A DNA stretch of 63,347 bases, the filler included, from Octopus bimaculoides (Eukaryota), in assembly GCF_001194135.2 (NCBI RefSeq). It is 7 parts of 6 records of this genome, joined end to end, with 100 filler letters (N's around TTAATTAATTAA, not from the genome) between each part and the next. Parts side by side here need not be neighbours in the genome. Positions count along the whole stretch, not along the records: positions 9,658 to 28,479 come from NC_068997.1; positions 28,580 to 31,738 come from NC_068993.1; positions 31,839 to 36,581 come from NC_068985.1; positions 36,682 to 47,968 come from NC_068996.1; 3 more parts are not named here. The stretch is one strand, 5' to 3'. The notes below the pieces were generated by a model that saw only the letters and a list, made by a program, of their open reading frames with translations, was not told where the DNA came from and searched no databases. Each line of letters opens with the position of its first letter. Positions within the stretch are counted from its first letter, which is position 1. The position numbers and the translations under genes are program-made. Shown here in pieces: positions 25,700 through 38,334 of this stretch.

Positions 25700-26130
25700 T
25701 AGTTTTACCTGGAGCAATTTTACATTAACGAGTGGAACGTACAATTTCTTGTGGTCCAGACCGCCTCATGGTCCCAGCAGACAAAATGGAAAGGTCTTAC
25801 CCCGGAGGATGGTGAGGGAGAGATATGCTGGAACAGTCACTCTGACTCACGAGTCTCGCACTTGTGGGTAGCCATCTCCGCCCCGATAGCGGTGAGAACG
25901 GATATGGTTCGGGGACCAAGAATGCCAAACACCTCAATTGTCACAGACTCGACCATAAACCTGTCAGAGAGTGACCGATACATTGACAGTTTGCTTTTCA
26001 AAGCGGAACCTGGATCTGTAGCTGAACACACCAAGTTGCCGCTAGAGAATGTTTCACATGTGGCATCCCAGATTAGGGGCCTACCGACACGGAACGGAAA
26101 AATTGTCATCGATGTGTATTGGGACCGTAA
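25700..26130 (-). mobile_element. CRE-like non-LTR retrotransposon 3' fragment (RLE domain)
   Basis: TIFPFRVGRPLIWDATC, VTIEVFGILGP, RESE*LFQHIS-LTILRG; resembles CRE-clade PW-x-G-x-PLxWDxT and QRxSxAxxRGN motifs. Confidence 0.72.
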
Positions 26131-26494
26131 ATAAAAATTAAATATTTTCTATCGAAATTCGAAACTGAATAAATTTGGTAGACAGGAATAAAATTTACTT
26201 CTCACGGAACATTGTTCATTAGTTCACGGACTAATTTGTACTTGTCAGCGAATTTGTACGCTAGAGTGTACGTGAGCCTGTGTGTGTGTGTGTGTATGCT
26301 TTTCACCATGTGTGTATGTATGGATATTTGTTAATGTTGTTTTGAGTGTGAATGTGGGTAAATGACTGTGTGAGTGGGTGCATGTGTTTGTGGATGTGCA
26401 TACGAGTGTATTTATGTGTACGCGTTTAAGTGTAGGTCAATGGATGCGAGTGATTCTGTGTGAGTGTCTCTGGTGACTCTGTGCGCATCTGTAG

Positions 26495-26527
<33 letters not shown>

Positions 26528-26711
26528 CGAGCATGTGTTAAAGTGTGCATGCGTTAAAGTACGAATTGACATTTTCTGTATGTGCGTTTATGCGTATTTG
26601 CATGTGCGTAAGTGCTCGACTGTATGTGTATACGTCCGACTGTGTGTGTTAACGGGCATCAGTGCATGTGTTAGCATATGTCTGTGTTGTGTATATGATG
26701 TACGTGTGTGT

Positions 26712-26762
<51 letters not shown>

Positions 26763-26970
26763 GGAGGTGAGTGCGACCATGCATTTGTTTGTGCGGATGC
26801 TTTTATAGTGCGAATAAGCTTTTGTTTGTATGTGTGAATGTGTTCGTAAATGCTTCGGTGTATGTGTCCGTGTACGTGTTAGCGTGCACCATTGCATGTA
26901 TTCTACGTCTCTGTCATGTTTTTTTTTATGTATATGTATGTGTGCGTGTATGTGTATGTGAGTGTGTGTG

Positions 26971-27009
<39 letters not shown>

Positions 27010-27694
27010 TTTCAACGTGGGTCAGCCATTTTGTTTCAAATCCGACGAATGTGCGGCCATTTCTTCCNNNNNNNNNNNNNNNNNNNNNNNNNNNNNNNNN
27101 NNNNNNNNNNNNNNNNNNNNNNNNNNNNNNNNNNNNNNNNNNNNNNNNNNNNNNNNNNNNNNNNNNNNNNNNNNNNNNNNNNNNNNNNNNNNNNNNNNNN
27201 NNNNNNNNNNNNNNNNNNNNNNNNNNNNNNNNNNNNNNNNNNNNNNNNNNNNNNNNNNNNNNNNNNNNNNNNNNNNNNNNNNNNNNNNNNNNNNNNNNNN
27301 NNNNNNNNNNNNNNNNNNNNNNNNNNNNNNNNNNNNNNNNNNNNNNNNNNNNNNNNNNNNNNNNNNNNNNNNNNNNNNNNNNNNNNNNNNNNNNNNNNNN
27401 NNNNNNNNNNNNNNNNNNNNNNNNNNNNNNNNNNNNNNNNNNNNNNNNNNNNNNNNNNNNNNNNNNNNNNNNNNNNNNNNNNNNNNNNNNNNNNNNNNNN
27501 NNNNNNNNNNNNNNNNNNNNNNNNNNNNNNNNNNNNNNNNNNNNNNNNNNNNNNNNNNNNNCTTTCACTCTATCTCTGTGTCATTCACCCACAACGCCTT
27601 TTACTATCCTTCTATATTTCATTGTTACTACTCTCTCTCTTTCACCTCCCTCTGTTTTCTCTACTCCTCTTCGTTCTTTAGTTCTCCCCATTCA

Positions 27695-27756
<62 letters not shown>

Positions 27757-28479
27757 CATATATATATGCATATATATGTCTGTCTCTCTGTTTCTCTTTG
27801 TTTCTCCCTCTCTCCCTCTCTATCTCTATCTCCGTGTCTATCTTATTGTTATCGCCGTCAACCCCCAGCCTCACACCTCCTACCCTCTCTCCCTTCCTCT
27901 CTCTTCTTTCCTTCCTTCTTTCCTCTCTTCCTTCTTTTCTTCTTCGCTCAGGTTAATAGAAGAAACAAACCATTCTTTGATTAAGAAATTATGCAAAAAT
28001 ATGAGTCACGATGTCTTTTAATTCCCATCCATTTTCCTTGATGCCATTTCGACATATCGATGGCACCAATGCAAAAGACACGCACAAATACACGTGTACA
28101 CAAGCACATACACACATACACACACATATCAAGACACACATAGACATAATTTCTCTCTCTCTCTCTGTTTCACACACATATTGAGACGTCACACACATAC
28201 ACATATACATATACACACAAGCACCATTTACACAGCATTTGCTCATCACAAACATACATATACACATACACACAAGCACCATTTGCACACCACACAGACA
28301 CACAGACACACAGACACCATACACACACACACAAACACACACATACACATACAAACGAACGAGAACCAGATGTACAAGTGACAAATACACATTCACAACA
28401 AATAACATATGTACACACACACATGCACACACACATATACACACACAAATACACATGCATACGCATATATATATATATA

Positions 28480-28579
28480 NNNNNNNNNNNNNNNNNNNNN
28501 NNNNNNNNNNNNNNNNNNNNNNNTTAATTAATTAANNNNNNNNNNNNNNNNNNNNNNNNNNNNNNNNNNNNNNNNNNNN
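28480..28579. other. Artificial scaffold-joining spacer
   Basis: 44 N + TTAATTAATTAA + 44 N. Confidence 0.97.
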
Positions 28580-28849
28580 TATATATACAAATAAATACAT
28601 ATATATGTGTGTATATGAATATATACACATATTTATACATGTGTGTGTGTGTTTGTGCTTGTGTTCGCATGGATGCATTCGTATGTATATGTTGTTGTCT
28701 AATGAGAATTTCTTCGACTCAAGCCTTCAACAGTCCGATGAAGGCTACACAGCCGACACTTCCAAGTGATTGCTATCTTTTTCCTTGTAAAAACAATATG
28801 AGTGTGCGTTTGTGTGTGTGTGTGTGTCTGTGTGTGTGTGAATGATACC

Positions 28850-29190
28850 GATAATTTTATCGGTATCATCGTCATCTTTTTCCGAACCATTAAGTTACAG
28901 GGACGTAAGCACACCAACACCGGTTGTGAAGTGGTGTTGCCGGGGAGGACAAACACAGACACACAGCCATATATGTACATACATACTTACATATATATAT
29001 AGATATATGTATACACCGATACGACGGGCTTCTTTCAGTTTACGTCTACCAAATCCACTTACAAGGTATTAGTCAACCCGAACCTATAGTAAAAAAAAGA
29101 ACAACACTTAGCCAAGGTACTACGCAGTGGGACTGAACCCGGAACCATGTGGTTGGGAAGCAAGCCCTTGAACACACAGCCACACCTGCA
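28850..29190 (-). mobile_element. SINE family A
   Basis: Reverse complement of head (GTGGCTGTGTG..GGGTTCAGTCCCACTGCG) and body. Confidence 0.85.
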
Positions 29191-29418
29191 CATACTTGTA
29201 CCTAACGATGTATTTGTCACTACAATTAATGTCACTGTTGCGAGTTCTATTTAGTTTAAGTTTACTGTTGCAAATATTAACGATAGCAAAAAGAAGAATG
29301 ATCATGACTGGAACTCTTTTGTGTTAACCTGGGCTTAAAAACAAGGCTAACTGCTTCAAGAAATGCAAAGACCTAAATGATCAACGACTTATAGTTCTGC
29401 TCGTCTTGCTCGTTACAG

Positions 29419-29490
29419 CAGGGGTTTTCAAACTTTTTGACTTGCGGACCCCTTTATATTTCAGGCTTTACCTTAGGGACCCCCTTGTAA
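29419..29490 (+). mobile_element. hAT (Charlie-like) terminal fragment
   Basis: CAGGGGTTTTCAAACTTTTTGACTTGCGGACCCC resembles Charlie-type TIR and subterminal sequence. Confidence 0.5.
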
Positions 29491-29719
29491 ACGCTTGTTG
29501 TTGAGATTGTCAACGTCTTGTCTCTTAGAATTATTGATTATTGTTGTTATTGCTATTGTTGTCTTTCTGTTTCTGTATACTATTGTTTATTGTTGCGATT
29601 ACTAGACACAATATTGATGCAACTGCCATAGCTGACGTTCCGTTTCTTGAGAGCTAGTATGCTTACTGTTGTAATCGTAAATCCCAAAATTCTCGTTATT
29701 TATTGCTAAGAACATTCAG

Positions 29720-29932
29720 GCAGCAAGATGGAAGAACCATTAGCACGCCAGGTAAAATGCTTAGCGGTATTCTCATCTGTCTCTATGTTCTGAGTTCAAA
29801 CTTCGCTTAGGTCGACTTTGCCATTCATTCCCTCAGGGTCGATCAAATAAGTACCAGTTGAACACTTGGGTCGATATAATCGTTTTGCTCCCTCCCCCGA
29901 AATTGCTGGCCTCGTGCCAAAATTTGAAATGA
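29720..29932 (+). mobile_element. SINE family B
   Basis: TTAGCACGCC, GAGTTCAAAC, GGTCGACTTTGCC, 3' GGCCTCGTGCCAAAATTTG. Confidence 0.8.
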
Positions 29933-29957
29933 TTATTACAATGTATATAGTGTATAT

Positions 29958-30353
29958 AGGCGTAGGAGTGGCTGTGTGGTAAGTAGCTCGCTTACCAACA
30001 ACATGGTTCTGGGTTCAGTCCCACTCCGTGGCACCTTGGGCAAGTGTCTTCTACTATAGCCTCGGGCCGACCAAAGCCTTGTCAGTGCATTTGGTAGACG
30101 GAAACTGAAAGAAGCTCGTCTTATATATGTATATATATATGTGTGTTTGTGTGTCTGTGTTTGTTCCTCCTAACATCGCTTGACAACCGATGCTGATGTG
30201 TTTACGTCCCCGTAACTTAGCGGTTCGGCAAAAGAGACCGATAGAATAAGTACTAGGCTTACAAAGAATAAGTCTTGGGGGTCGATTTGCTCGACTAAAG
30301 GCGGTGCTCCAGCATGGCCACAGTCAAATGACTGAAACAAGTAAAAGAGTAAA
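29958..30353 (+). mobile_element. SINE family A, best full-length copy
   Basis: GGCGTAGGAGTGGCTGTGTGGTAAG (A box), GGGTTCAGTCCC (B box), CORE-like ACCTTGGGCAAGTG, tail AAAAGAGTAAAG. Confidence 0.92.
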
Positions 30354-30741
30354 GGGTTGTTGTTTTGTTTGTTTCTGATGTTGCTTTTGTGATTATTTTC
30401 ACCATTGCTGTTCATGATGTTATCGCTTCCTTCTTGTATCAATCCTTATTGCGATCGACTTTCTTAGAGATTTTAATGTTAGGGTGGCTGCTGTTGCGAT
30501 TGAAGCAAGAACGCTAACATTGCCGCTGTTGCTAACCGCATGTGTGATTATGTCGTTGTCGTCGTCACTGCTGTCACTCATTTTCTAGAAGCTGTTTTAC
30601 TTTTCTTTTCGTCGTTGCTGTTGCAGTGGAAAGTGTTTCTTAGTGCTTGTGTACTTACTTTGGCGATATTAAATATTAAAACTTTTTCTTGTTACCGTTC
30701 ATTCTGTTACTGTCGTTGCAGCTGGTGTTGATATTATTTTC

Positions 30742-30968
30742 TCTTTCATTTCTTTCAGTCATTAGACTGCGGTCATGCTGGGGCACCGCCCTGAAATATT
30801 CTAGTCAAAGGAATCAATTATTTTTTTGTCAAGTCTAGTACTTATCCTATCGGTCCTTTTGCTGAACCGCTAAGTGACATGAACATACACACACCGACAC
30901 CAATTGTCTAGTGGTCATGGAAGACATACACAGGCACAAAGACACGCACATACACACACACACACACA

Positions 30969-31003
<35 letters not shown>

Positions 31004-31210
31004 ATAGACGCGCACAGGCACACATATATATATATATTTGTGTGACGGCCTTCTTTCAGTTTCCATCAACCAAATCCACTCACAAAGTTTTAACAGGACC
31101 TAGACTCTAGAAGAAGAGACTTACTCAAGGTGCCAACCATGTGGTTGGGAAGCAACTCGCAACCATGTGGTTGGGATGGGAAGCAGATTTCATGCCACAT
31201 AGCCACATGT
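30742..31210 (-). mobile_element. SINE family A, diverged
   Basis: Reverse-complement head, (CA)n and 3' body. Confidence 0.8.
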
Positions 31211-31339
31211 TCTTATCACTTTCCCTTCGTCTTTTGTTGTAGTCGATGGTTGGCTACTTTCTGAGTCGTTGTCAATGTTGTCACAGTTACGGGTTGCCAA
31301 TTTAGCTGTTGTTAGTGGGATTATTGCTGTTGTTGATGA

Positions 31340-31367
31340 CGATGATGGTACTCCTGCTGCTGTTGAC

Positions 31368-31413
<46 letters not shown>

Positions 31414-31535
31414 ATCATGATGATAATGATGATGATGAGGAGGAGGAGGTTAACCATGATGACGATGATGATGACGATGATGACGATAATGAAGATGATG
31501 ATTATGATCATGATGATGATGATGATGATGATGAA
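31340..31535. repeat. (GAT)n compound microsatellite
   Basis: Direct reading; explains poly-D/M/H ORFs. Confidence 0.95.
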
Positions 31536-31738
31536 AGAAAAGGAGAGGAAGAGAGAGAAAGAGAGACAGATACACCCACACACACACAAACAGAAAAACG
31601 GACAGACACAGATAGACAGATACATCCGACCAGACAGACAGACAGACAAACAAGGAGGCAAAAAAGAGGTGGGGGATAGTGGCAGGCAAGTTTCTGATGC
31701 ACCGGATTTTTAACTAAATTCCGGACAATGTTGCTACC

Positions 31739-31838
31739 NNNNNNNNNNNNNNNNNNNNNNNNNNNNNNNNNNNNNNNNNNNNTTAATTAATTAANNNNNN
31801 NNNNNNNNNNNNNNNNNNNNNNNNNNNNNNNNNNNNNN
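31739..31838. other. Artificial scaffold-joining spacer
   Basis: 44 N + TTAATTAATTAA + 44 N. Confidence 0.97.
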
Positions 31839-32378
31839 GTCCGGACCAAACCAAACCCCGAGCAACTCGACTGGACCGTCGGTCCAGCGTCCCGCTACTG
31901 AGGCGTTGCCGGACGGTATGGGCTTGCTTCTCCAGGTGCCGAGCCGCAAGCCCACCGACTTTCCACGATTGATTTTCGCTCCCGTCACCGCTTCGTAGTT
32001 TTTCAGCGTCTCACCGACCAGCTCGATGTGCTCGTGGCTAGACGCTATGACGGTGACGTCGTCCGCGTATGCCGACACGCACGTTCTGCACCCCAGTTCT
32101 CGCGGGATGCCCCTCAGTGCCGCCAGCTTCCGCAGTAGTGGCTTGAAAGTCAATACATTACAGAAGTGATGAGAGGAGGCATCCTTGACGGACCAAACGT
32201 GCAATCTGGAAAGGTCTTGATAGATGCCCATTGACGCGGATTACCGAACGGATGCCTCTGTACAAGGCAGCCATCCAGCCGCGGAAAACGGGACCGAAAC
32301 CGGCTGCTATGAGGACAGCCTCCAAGTATCGATGGTCTACCCTATCGAAAGCTAGATCATCGATACTTGGAGGCTGTC
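31839..32378 (-). mobile_element. L1/Tx1-like reverse transcriptase fragment, 5' truncated
   Basis: AFDRVDH, VRQGCLLSSLL, SAYADDVTV, TGAKINRGKS, LLGVWFG. Confidence 0.92.
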
Positions 32379-32432
<54 letters not shown>

Positions 32433-32489
32433 CATACATACATACATACATACATACATACATACATACATACAATGAACGACTTTCTT

Positions 32490-32832
32490 TCTTCGAAATC
32501 ACTACAATTCTTTCGACAATTGACACCTGATGAGATGTTGCGATACAATTTTGCATTTTGATTATAATTGTATTTACTTTTGATGATAATTGTCTTTTAA
32601 TTGATCCGTGGGTTTAGTCTTGTCTGTAATCTGCTGAAAATGACACATCCTTCTGGGTATGCATTCTCACACTGAGTGAAATGACAACAGGTCATAACCA
32701 AGGACTTTATTGAGACAATCACCTGAGGAGACGAATTTTACACTTTCGATGGACGATAATGATTACAAAACATCTCACCGATCTACACAGGTGTAAAAAT
32801 GTGTCGAAAGAATTGTAATGGTTTTAAAGGAA
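32490..32832. repeat. Inverted-repeat unit whose right arm folds as a hammerhead-like motif
   Basis: TACAATTCTTTCGACA (32503-32518) and TGTCGAAAGAATTGTA (32802-32817); AATCAC CTGAGGA GAC..GTC GAAAG AATT GTA ATGGTT at 32717-32823. Confidence 0.55.
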
Positions 32833-33012
32833 AAATTCCGTTCCTTCCATCTATCATTTATCTATTTATATAAACAGTACGGATACTATATAATTCTGTT
32901 GTGTATCCAGTAGCAGGAGCATTTCCACTGTTTAATGACGTCAGGTAGCCAATGGCTGTGGATGAGCTTTGCATAACATTCTTCAAGGTTTTTTACCAGA
33001 ATCAGATTTAAC

Positions 33013-33076
<64 letters not shown>

Positions 33077-33801
33077 CAGACATCTGATAAACTTGTACGA
33101 TATTTTGCATATTTTCGCATTTAAATTTTAATGACTTGAAATGTTGTGCTTTCTTAATTAGCTGTGTCCTTTTGTGTTTAGTGGAGCCCAGTTTCTCAAG
33201 AACTCTGTCGAGACAATTAGGTACAATTGCAATTCGCCAATAATTGCATATATAAATCTAAAGCTGTCGTTTTGATGGAAAAACTTTAGATTTCTCATTA
33301 GTTCGACACAGCTTTTGAAAATCTTTCCGTTTACCTTTTTCCTTATCTCAAGCATTAACATTTCCTGCGGAACTGGCATTCTTCTACTCTTTTTTCTTTC
33401 AGTTTCTGTCTGTTTATATTTGGTGTGTTTTGCTTAAATTTTGCCGAGTTTTAAGAGGAACATTCCATTAGTATTCGCTACTGATATGAGTAATTATATT
33501 TTACATATTTCCACAGTTTTTAATATATTTTTGGCAATCGGGAATGTCCTTCCTTTAGATTGCGTTGGATAATGTTTAGGTCCCGACACCATATCTCCGG
33601 ATCGTGATGGCATTTTCGGACAACTACTTACGATTCTGTATCTCTTGCTGCCATTGGCTGGAGAACAGGGTTTACAAGTGGTGCAGTCACACTCCTTAAA
33701 CTTGCAATGAAAACGCTTTGAAAATCTTCATTGCCAAAACAAACAGAGAAACATTTTTGGAATCATCTGAAACATTACTTTACCATTATTAGATTTACTT
33801 G

Positions 33802-34220
33802 AAGGCGTTGAGCTGGCAGAGTGGTTAGCACGCCGGGCGAAATGCTTAACGGTATTTCGTCTGTCTTTACCTTCTGAGTTCAAATTCAGTTGAGGGCAAC
33901 TTTGCCTTTCATCTTTTCGAGAGTCGATAAATAAAGTACCAGTTATGCATTAGGTCGATGTAATCGACTTAATCCGTTTGCGTGTCCTTGTTTGTCCCCT
34001 CTATGTTTAGCCCCTTGTGGGCAATAAAGAATTAAGAAATGCTTAACGGTATTTCGTCTGTCTTTACGTTCTTGGTTCAAATTCTGCCGAGGGCAACTTT
34101 GCCTTTCATCCTTTCGGGATCGATAGATTAAGTACCAGTTGCGTATTGGGGTCGATTTAATCGACTGGCCCCCCTCCCCAAAAATTTCGGACCTTGTGCC
34201 AAGAGTAGAAAATATTATTA
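33802..34220 (+). mobile_element. SINE family B, tandem dimer
   Basis: AAGGCGTTGAGCTGGCAGAG head, repeated central unit; same architecture as 20433-20870. Confidence 0.88.
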
Positions 34221-34261
34221 GATTTATCTGATTTCATTGATGTACGAATATTAACATTGAT

Positions 34262-34915
34262 TATTATTATTATTATTATTGTTGTTGTTGTTGTCATTTT
34301 TACTTTAAAACTGCATCTTTGTTACAGTCACTTGCCGAGACACACCCATCGTCCTGGGGCGAGTGAAGGATATGATATATTACAGTATGACTGAAAGTTT
34401 GGAGAGGGGAAGTAGTGAAATATCCTCATGTAATACAACACAGATATTTAAATGGATAAGGTTTTTCTAAGAATGTGTGCAGTACCTATCAGTACAATCT
34501 TTTGGACTTCTCTGAGACATGGTTCTCCTGGGATCTTATCTAGATGTTTCTGACATCCCTTTTTTATCATACTTATGACACCTACAATAACAGGAACAGT
34601 TCTCGTTTTTCGATGCCACATCTATTGTATTTCCATTTCCAGGTCCTTATATTTATTTAGTTTGTCAAATTCCTTGACAGATATATTTTTATAGGAGGGA
34701 ACACTTACATCTATTAGTGTACAAGTATTTTTTCTCCGACTTTGATAATTATATCTGGTCCTTTAGCCTGACTCTTTCTGTCAGTGTGGACCGGAAAATC
34801 CCAGAGGATAGTGAAATTTTTACCTTCAACGACTACCACAAGATGGTGCTCATACCAGTAAGCAGGAGCGCTGATTTTGTGGTTGAAGCCAATGGTGATT
34901 TTATTGAATAAACTT
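34262..34915 (-). mobile_element. R4/Dong-clade 3' fragment with 3' UTR and (CAA/TAA)n tail
   Basis: ILWDFPVHTDR..PDIII..IDVSVP..KYKDL, VPVIVG, IGTAHILRKTL*. Confidence 0.88.
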
Positions 34916-34919
34916 ACTC

Positions 34920-35031
34920 CTTAGTATTTCAAGATATCTTTATACAATTTTGGTAAATATATCTGTTAAAATGAGATGTCAGCGTTATTTTCATTTTTGC
35001 ATAATTTAGATGACAGCTTATTCACCGCACC

Positions 35032-35034
<3 letters not shown>
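34920..35034 (-). mobile_element. Tc1/mariner-type terminal fragment
   Basis: TA|CAGGGTGCG terminus shared with the element end at 51512. Confidence 0.5.
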
Positions 35035-35067
<33 letters not shown>

Positions 35068-36581
35068 GGGGGGGNNNNNNNNNNNNNNNNNNNNNNNNNN
35101 NNNNNNNNNNNNNNNNNNNNNNNNNNNNNNNNNNNNNNNNNNNNNNNNNNNNNNNNNNNNNNNNNNNNNNNNNNNNNNNNNNNNNNNNNNNNNNNNNNNN
35201 NNNNNNNNNNNNNNNNNNNNNNNNNNNNNNNNNNNNNNNNNNNNNNNNNNNNNNNNNNNNNNNNNNNNNNNNNNNNNNNNNNNNNNNNNNNNNNNNNNNN
35301 NNNNNNNNNNNNNNNNNNNNNNNNNNNNNNNNNNNNNNNNNNNNNNNNNNNNNNNNNNNNNNNNNNNNNNNNNNNNNNNNNNNNNNNNNNNNNNNNNNNN
35401 NNNNNNNNNNNNNNNNNNNNNNNNNNNNNNNNNNNNNNNNNNNNNNNNNNNNNNNNNNNNNNNNNNNNNNNNNNNTATATATATATTTGTTTGGCAGTAT
35501 GACCATCCCCAAATACAACAACACACACATATATATATATATATATATATGATGTGTGTGTGTGTATGTATTTATCTATGCATGTGTGTCTTTGTGTTTA
35601 TGTTGTGTTTGCTCCTAACCACACCTTGACATTCGGCGTCGGTTTCGTTACGTATCCGTGACTTAGCGGTTGAAGAAAAGTATCCAATAGAAGAAGTACC
35701 ACACTTATAAAATACTGGGGTTTCTCAGGTCGACTGAACCCTTCAAGACAATGCCCCAGCATGGCCGCAGGTCAGTAACTGAAATTAGTAAAACACAAAA
35801 GGTAAAGGATAAACTTCGGGATAAAACTTCGCCGAAAATGCTTTTGCTGATTAAATGACTTTAGCTTTGATATCAGATTTCTTTCTTGCAATGCTAGTAC
35901 CAATACCAATTCTCTTACTACTATTAATATAGGTTCAGATTTGTTTCTGGCAGTACCAGCCAGTTTGGAATGTTTATCTCCCCATTAAGGTGAACTAGCC
36001 ACCTTTTTGTCCGTCTTTACGTTCTGACTTCAAATGCTCTCAAAGTGGCCTTTGATTTCTTCCTTTCGAGGTCGATGGAACCAGTTATGTACAAGGGTCG
36101 ATGTAATTGACTTATCCCGCCTCTCACTGAAATTGCTCGCCTTGTACCAACGATTGAAACCAATATTTATATCTCCATTGAGAGCTTTACAGATAAAGGT
36201 CGATAAGGTACCCGTGTCTTTTGCCAGTACCCCAACCTAATGCTGTTCTGTCTCTGTCTTTCTACTGAATAATTTTGGTTTCATGAAAGGTCAGAACTTT
36301 TGTCGGATATCTTCTAGACAGGCTACAACATTTTGGTTAAACTCTTTTCCTTTTTTATTTTTTTTATTTATTTATTTATTTATTCGCTTTTGCCTTTTTC
36401 TCCTGAAGAAATCTATATCTGCCTAAAAAGAAGCTTCGGTGACATTTAATGATTCTACTCTTCGATCTCTAAAAATTCATGATTGGTTTCCGCCGAACTT
36501 TTTGGATAATTAACTTTATGCATTCTCTAGCTCTCCCCCTCCCCTTCCCTTCTCTCCCCTCTCTCTCTCTCTCTCTCTCTC

Positions 36582-36681
36582 NNNNNNNNNNNNNNNNNNN
36601 NNNNNNNNNNNNNNNNNNNNNNNNNTTAATTAATTAANNNNNNNNNNNNNNNNNNNNNNNNNNNNNNNNNNNNNNNNNNNN
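36582..36681. other. Artificial scaffold-joining spacer
   Basis: 44 N + TTAATTAATTAA + 44 N. Confidence 0.97.
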
Positions 36682-36699
36682 TATATATATATATATATA

Positions 36700-36866
36700 C
36701 GACAAGTTTTCTTTCAATTTCCATCTACGAAATCCACTCACAAGGCTTTGATCAACCCGAGGTAATAGTAGAAGACACTTGCCCGAGGTGCCACACAGTA
36801 GGATTGAACCTGGAACCATGTACTTGGGAAGCAAGCTTCTTACCACACAGCCACATTTGCACCTAT
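36700..36866 (-). mobile_element. SINE family A head
   Basis: Reverse complement of head and CORE-like segment; a 3' half copy also lies at ~35560-35810 (+). Confidence 0.8.
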
Positions 36867-37189
36867 AGTAAAAGACTTGCCTAAGGTACCACTATACTTA
36901 AAGCAAACATCTTAGTAACACAGTCATTCTTGTGCTATTAGATAATTAAAAACACGATACTGAAGACTACACAACCAACATTCAAGTACTTACAGATATA
37001 CACAATATTCGGAAAAGCGCAATAATAAATACTGCATCAATACAGTGCAACATGTAACACACAATAGTGAAAGCGCAAAACATGCACGTACCTGGGGAAC
37101 ATAGATCTGCGCTCTCTAAATGAAGGCACGTAGTTGAAAGCTAAGAACACTGAAAAAAGAAATGAATAAAAAACAACGGCATTAATAAT

Positions 37190-37632
37190 GATTTCAAATT
37201 TTGGCGCAAGGCCAGCAATTTTAGGGGAGGAGTAAGTCGATTATATCGATCCTGTGCTCAACTGATATTTATGTTTTCGACCCCTCGAAAGCATCAAAAG
37301 TGAAGTTGACCTCGGCGCAATGTCATCTTAGAACGTAAAGACGAACGAAATACCGTGAAGCTTTTTGCTCAGCGTACTAACGATTCTGCTAACTCACCGC
37401 CTAAGTTGTAGTTAATTTTGCTTTCAAATTTTGACACAAGGGCAGCAAGTTTGGAAGAGAGGGTAAGTCAATTACAGCGATCCTTGTGCTCAGCTGATAC
37501 TTATTTTATGACCCTGATAGAATGAAAAGCAAAGTCGACCTCTGCGAAATATGGATTCAGAACATAAAGACATACGAAATGCCGCTAAGCATTTTATTCG
37601 GCGGGCTTACAATTCTGCTAGCTTGCCGCTTT
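37190..37632 (-). mobile_element. Two adjacent SINE family B copies
   Basis: Two reverse-complement units (~37190-37405 and ~37415-37632); another (+) copy at ~36000-36165. Confidence 0.78.
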
Positions 37633-38334
37633 AAATTACATTAACATTACAGTTTTTATGACGTGCAAATTGTTCACATAAATCAGGAGACTGGAATTTA
37701 AAACTAATACAAGAAAACAATTTCGTAATACTGCATCATCTCTCATATACAATAGTATCTTTTAGCGATATTTGAATGCAATAATAAGGTAACAATAGGC
37801 GCTGAATGAGAAAGAAACTGAAGATACGTCTCGTGGACAATGCTTGTTATTTTGTTATCGTCTGCACAGAACAGAAAGAAGCTGCATAGCCCGGGGCGTG
37901 CGGTTAAAAGTCAGCTATATTGAAAATGGTTGGCTAGTTTTGAAGCAGGAAATATGCAATTTTTACGATACCTCACTAAAAGAGATAATTTGTTCTATTT
38001 GCAAGAGAAGATCGGTTTCATTACTAGATCTTAGTGTTACCGCTGGAGGGTCTGTCGAACTATATCAATCAACGGATTTTAATGAGGAGGACGAAAGAGT
38101 TAGTGGAGGCAGGTTTCTGATAGAATATTGAACATTTCTGATTTAGCATGAGAAGTACACTCATTTTAGTAAAAGAAATGCATTACAAATATAGCGTATC
38201 AGTGATAATAGTAGTAAAAAACTTAACAAATAGATTTTGTTTTGTTTTTCTGATCTCGCAAAGAGAATAATCAACAGCCACGCGTAAACAGTTCAACAAA
38301 TATAAATACAGATAATAATGATGATGATGGGCAC

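Noticed and set aside
32521-32545. GACACCTGATGAG on the plus strand matching the HHR element 12-mer
   Set aside because: No downstream GAAA or stem II on that strand; the plausible fold is on the opposite strand
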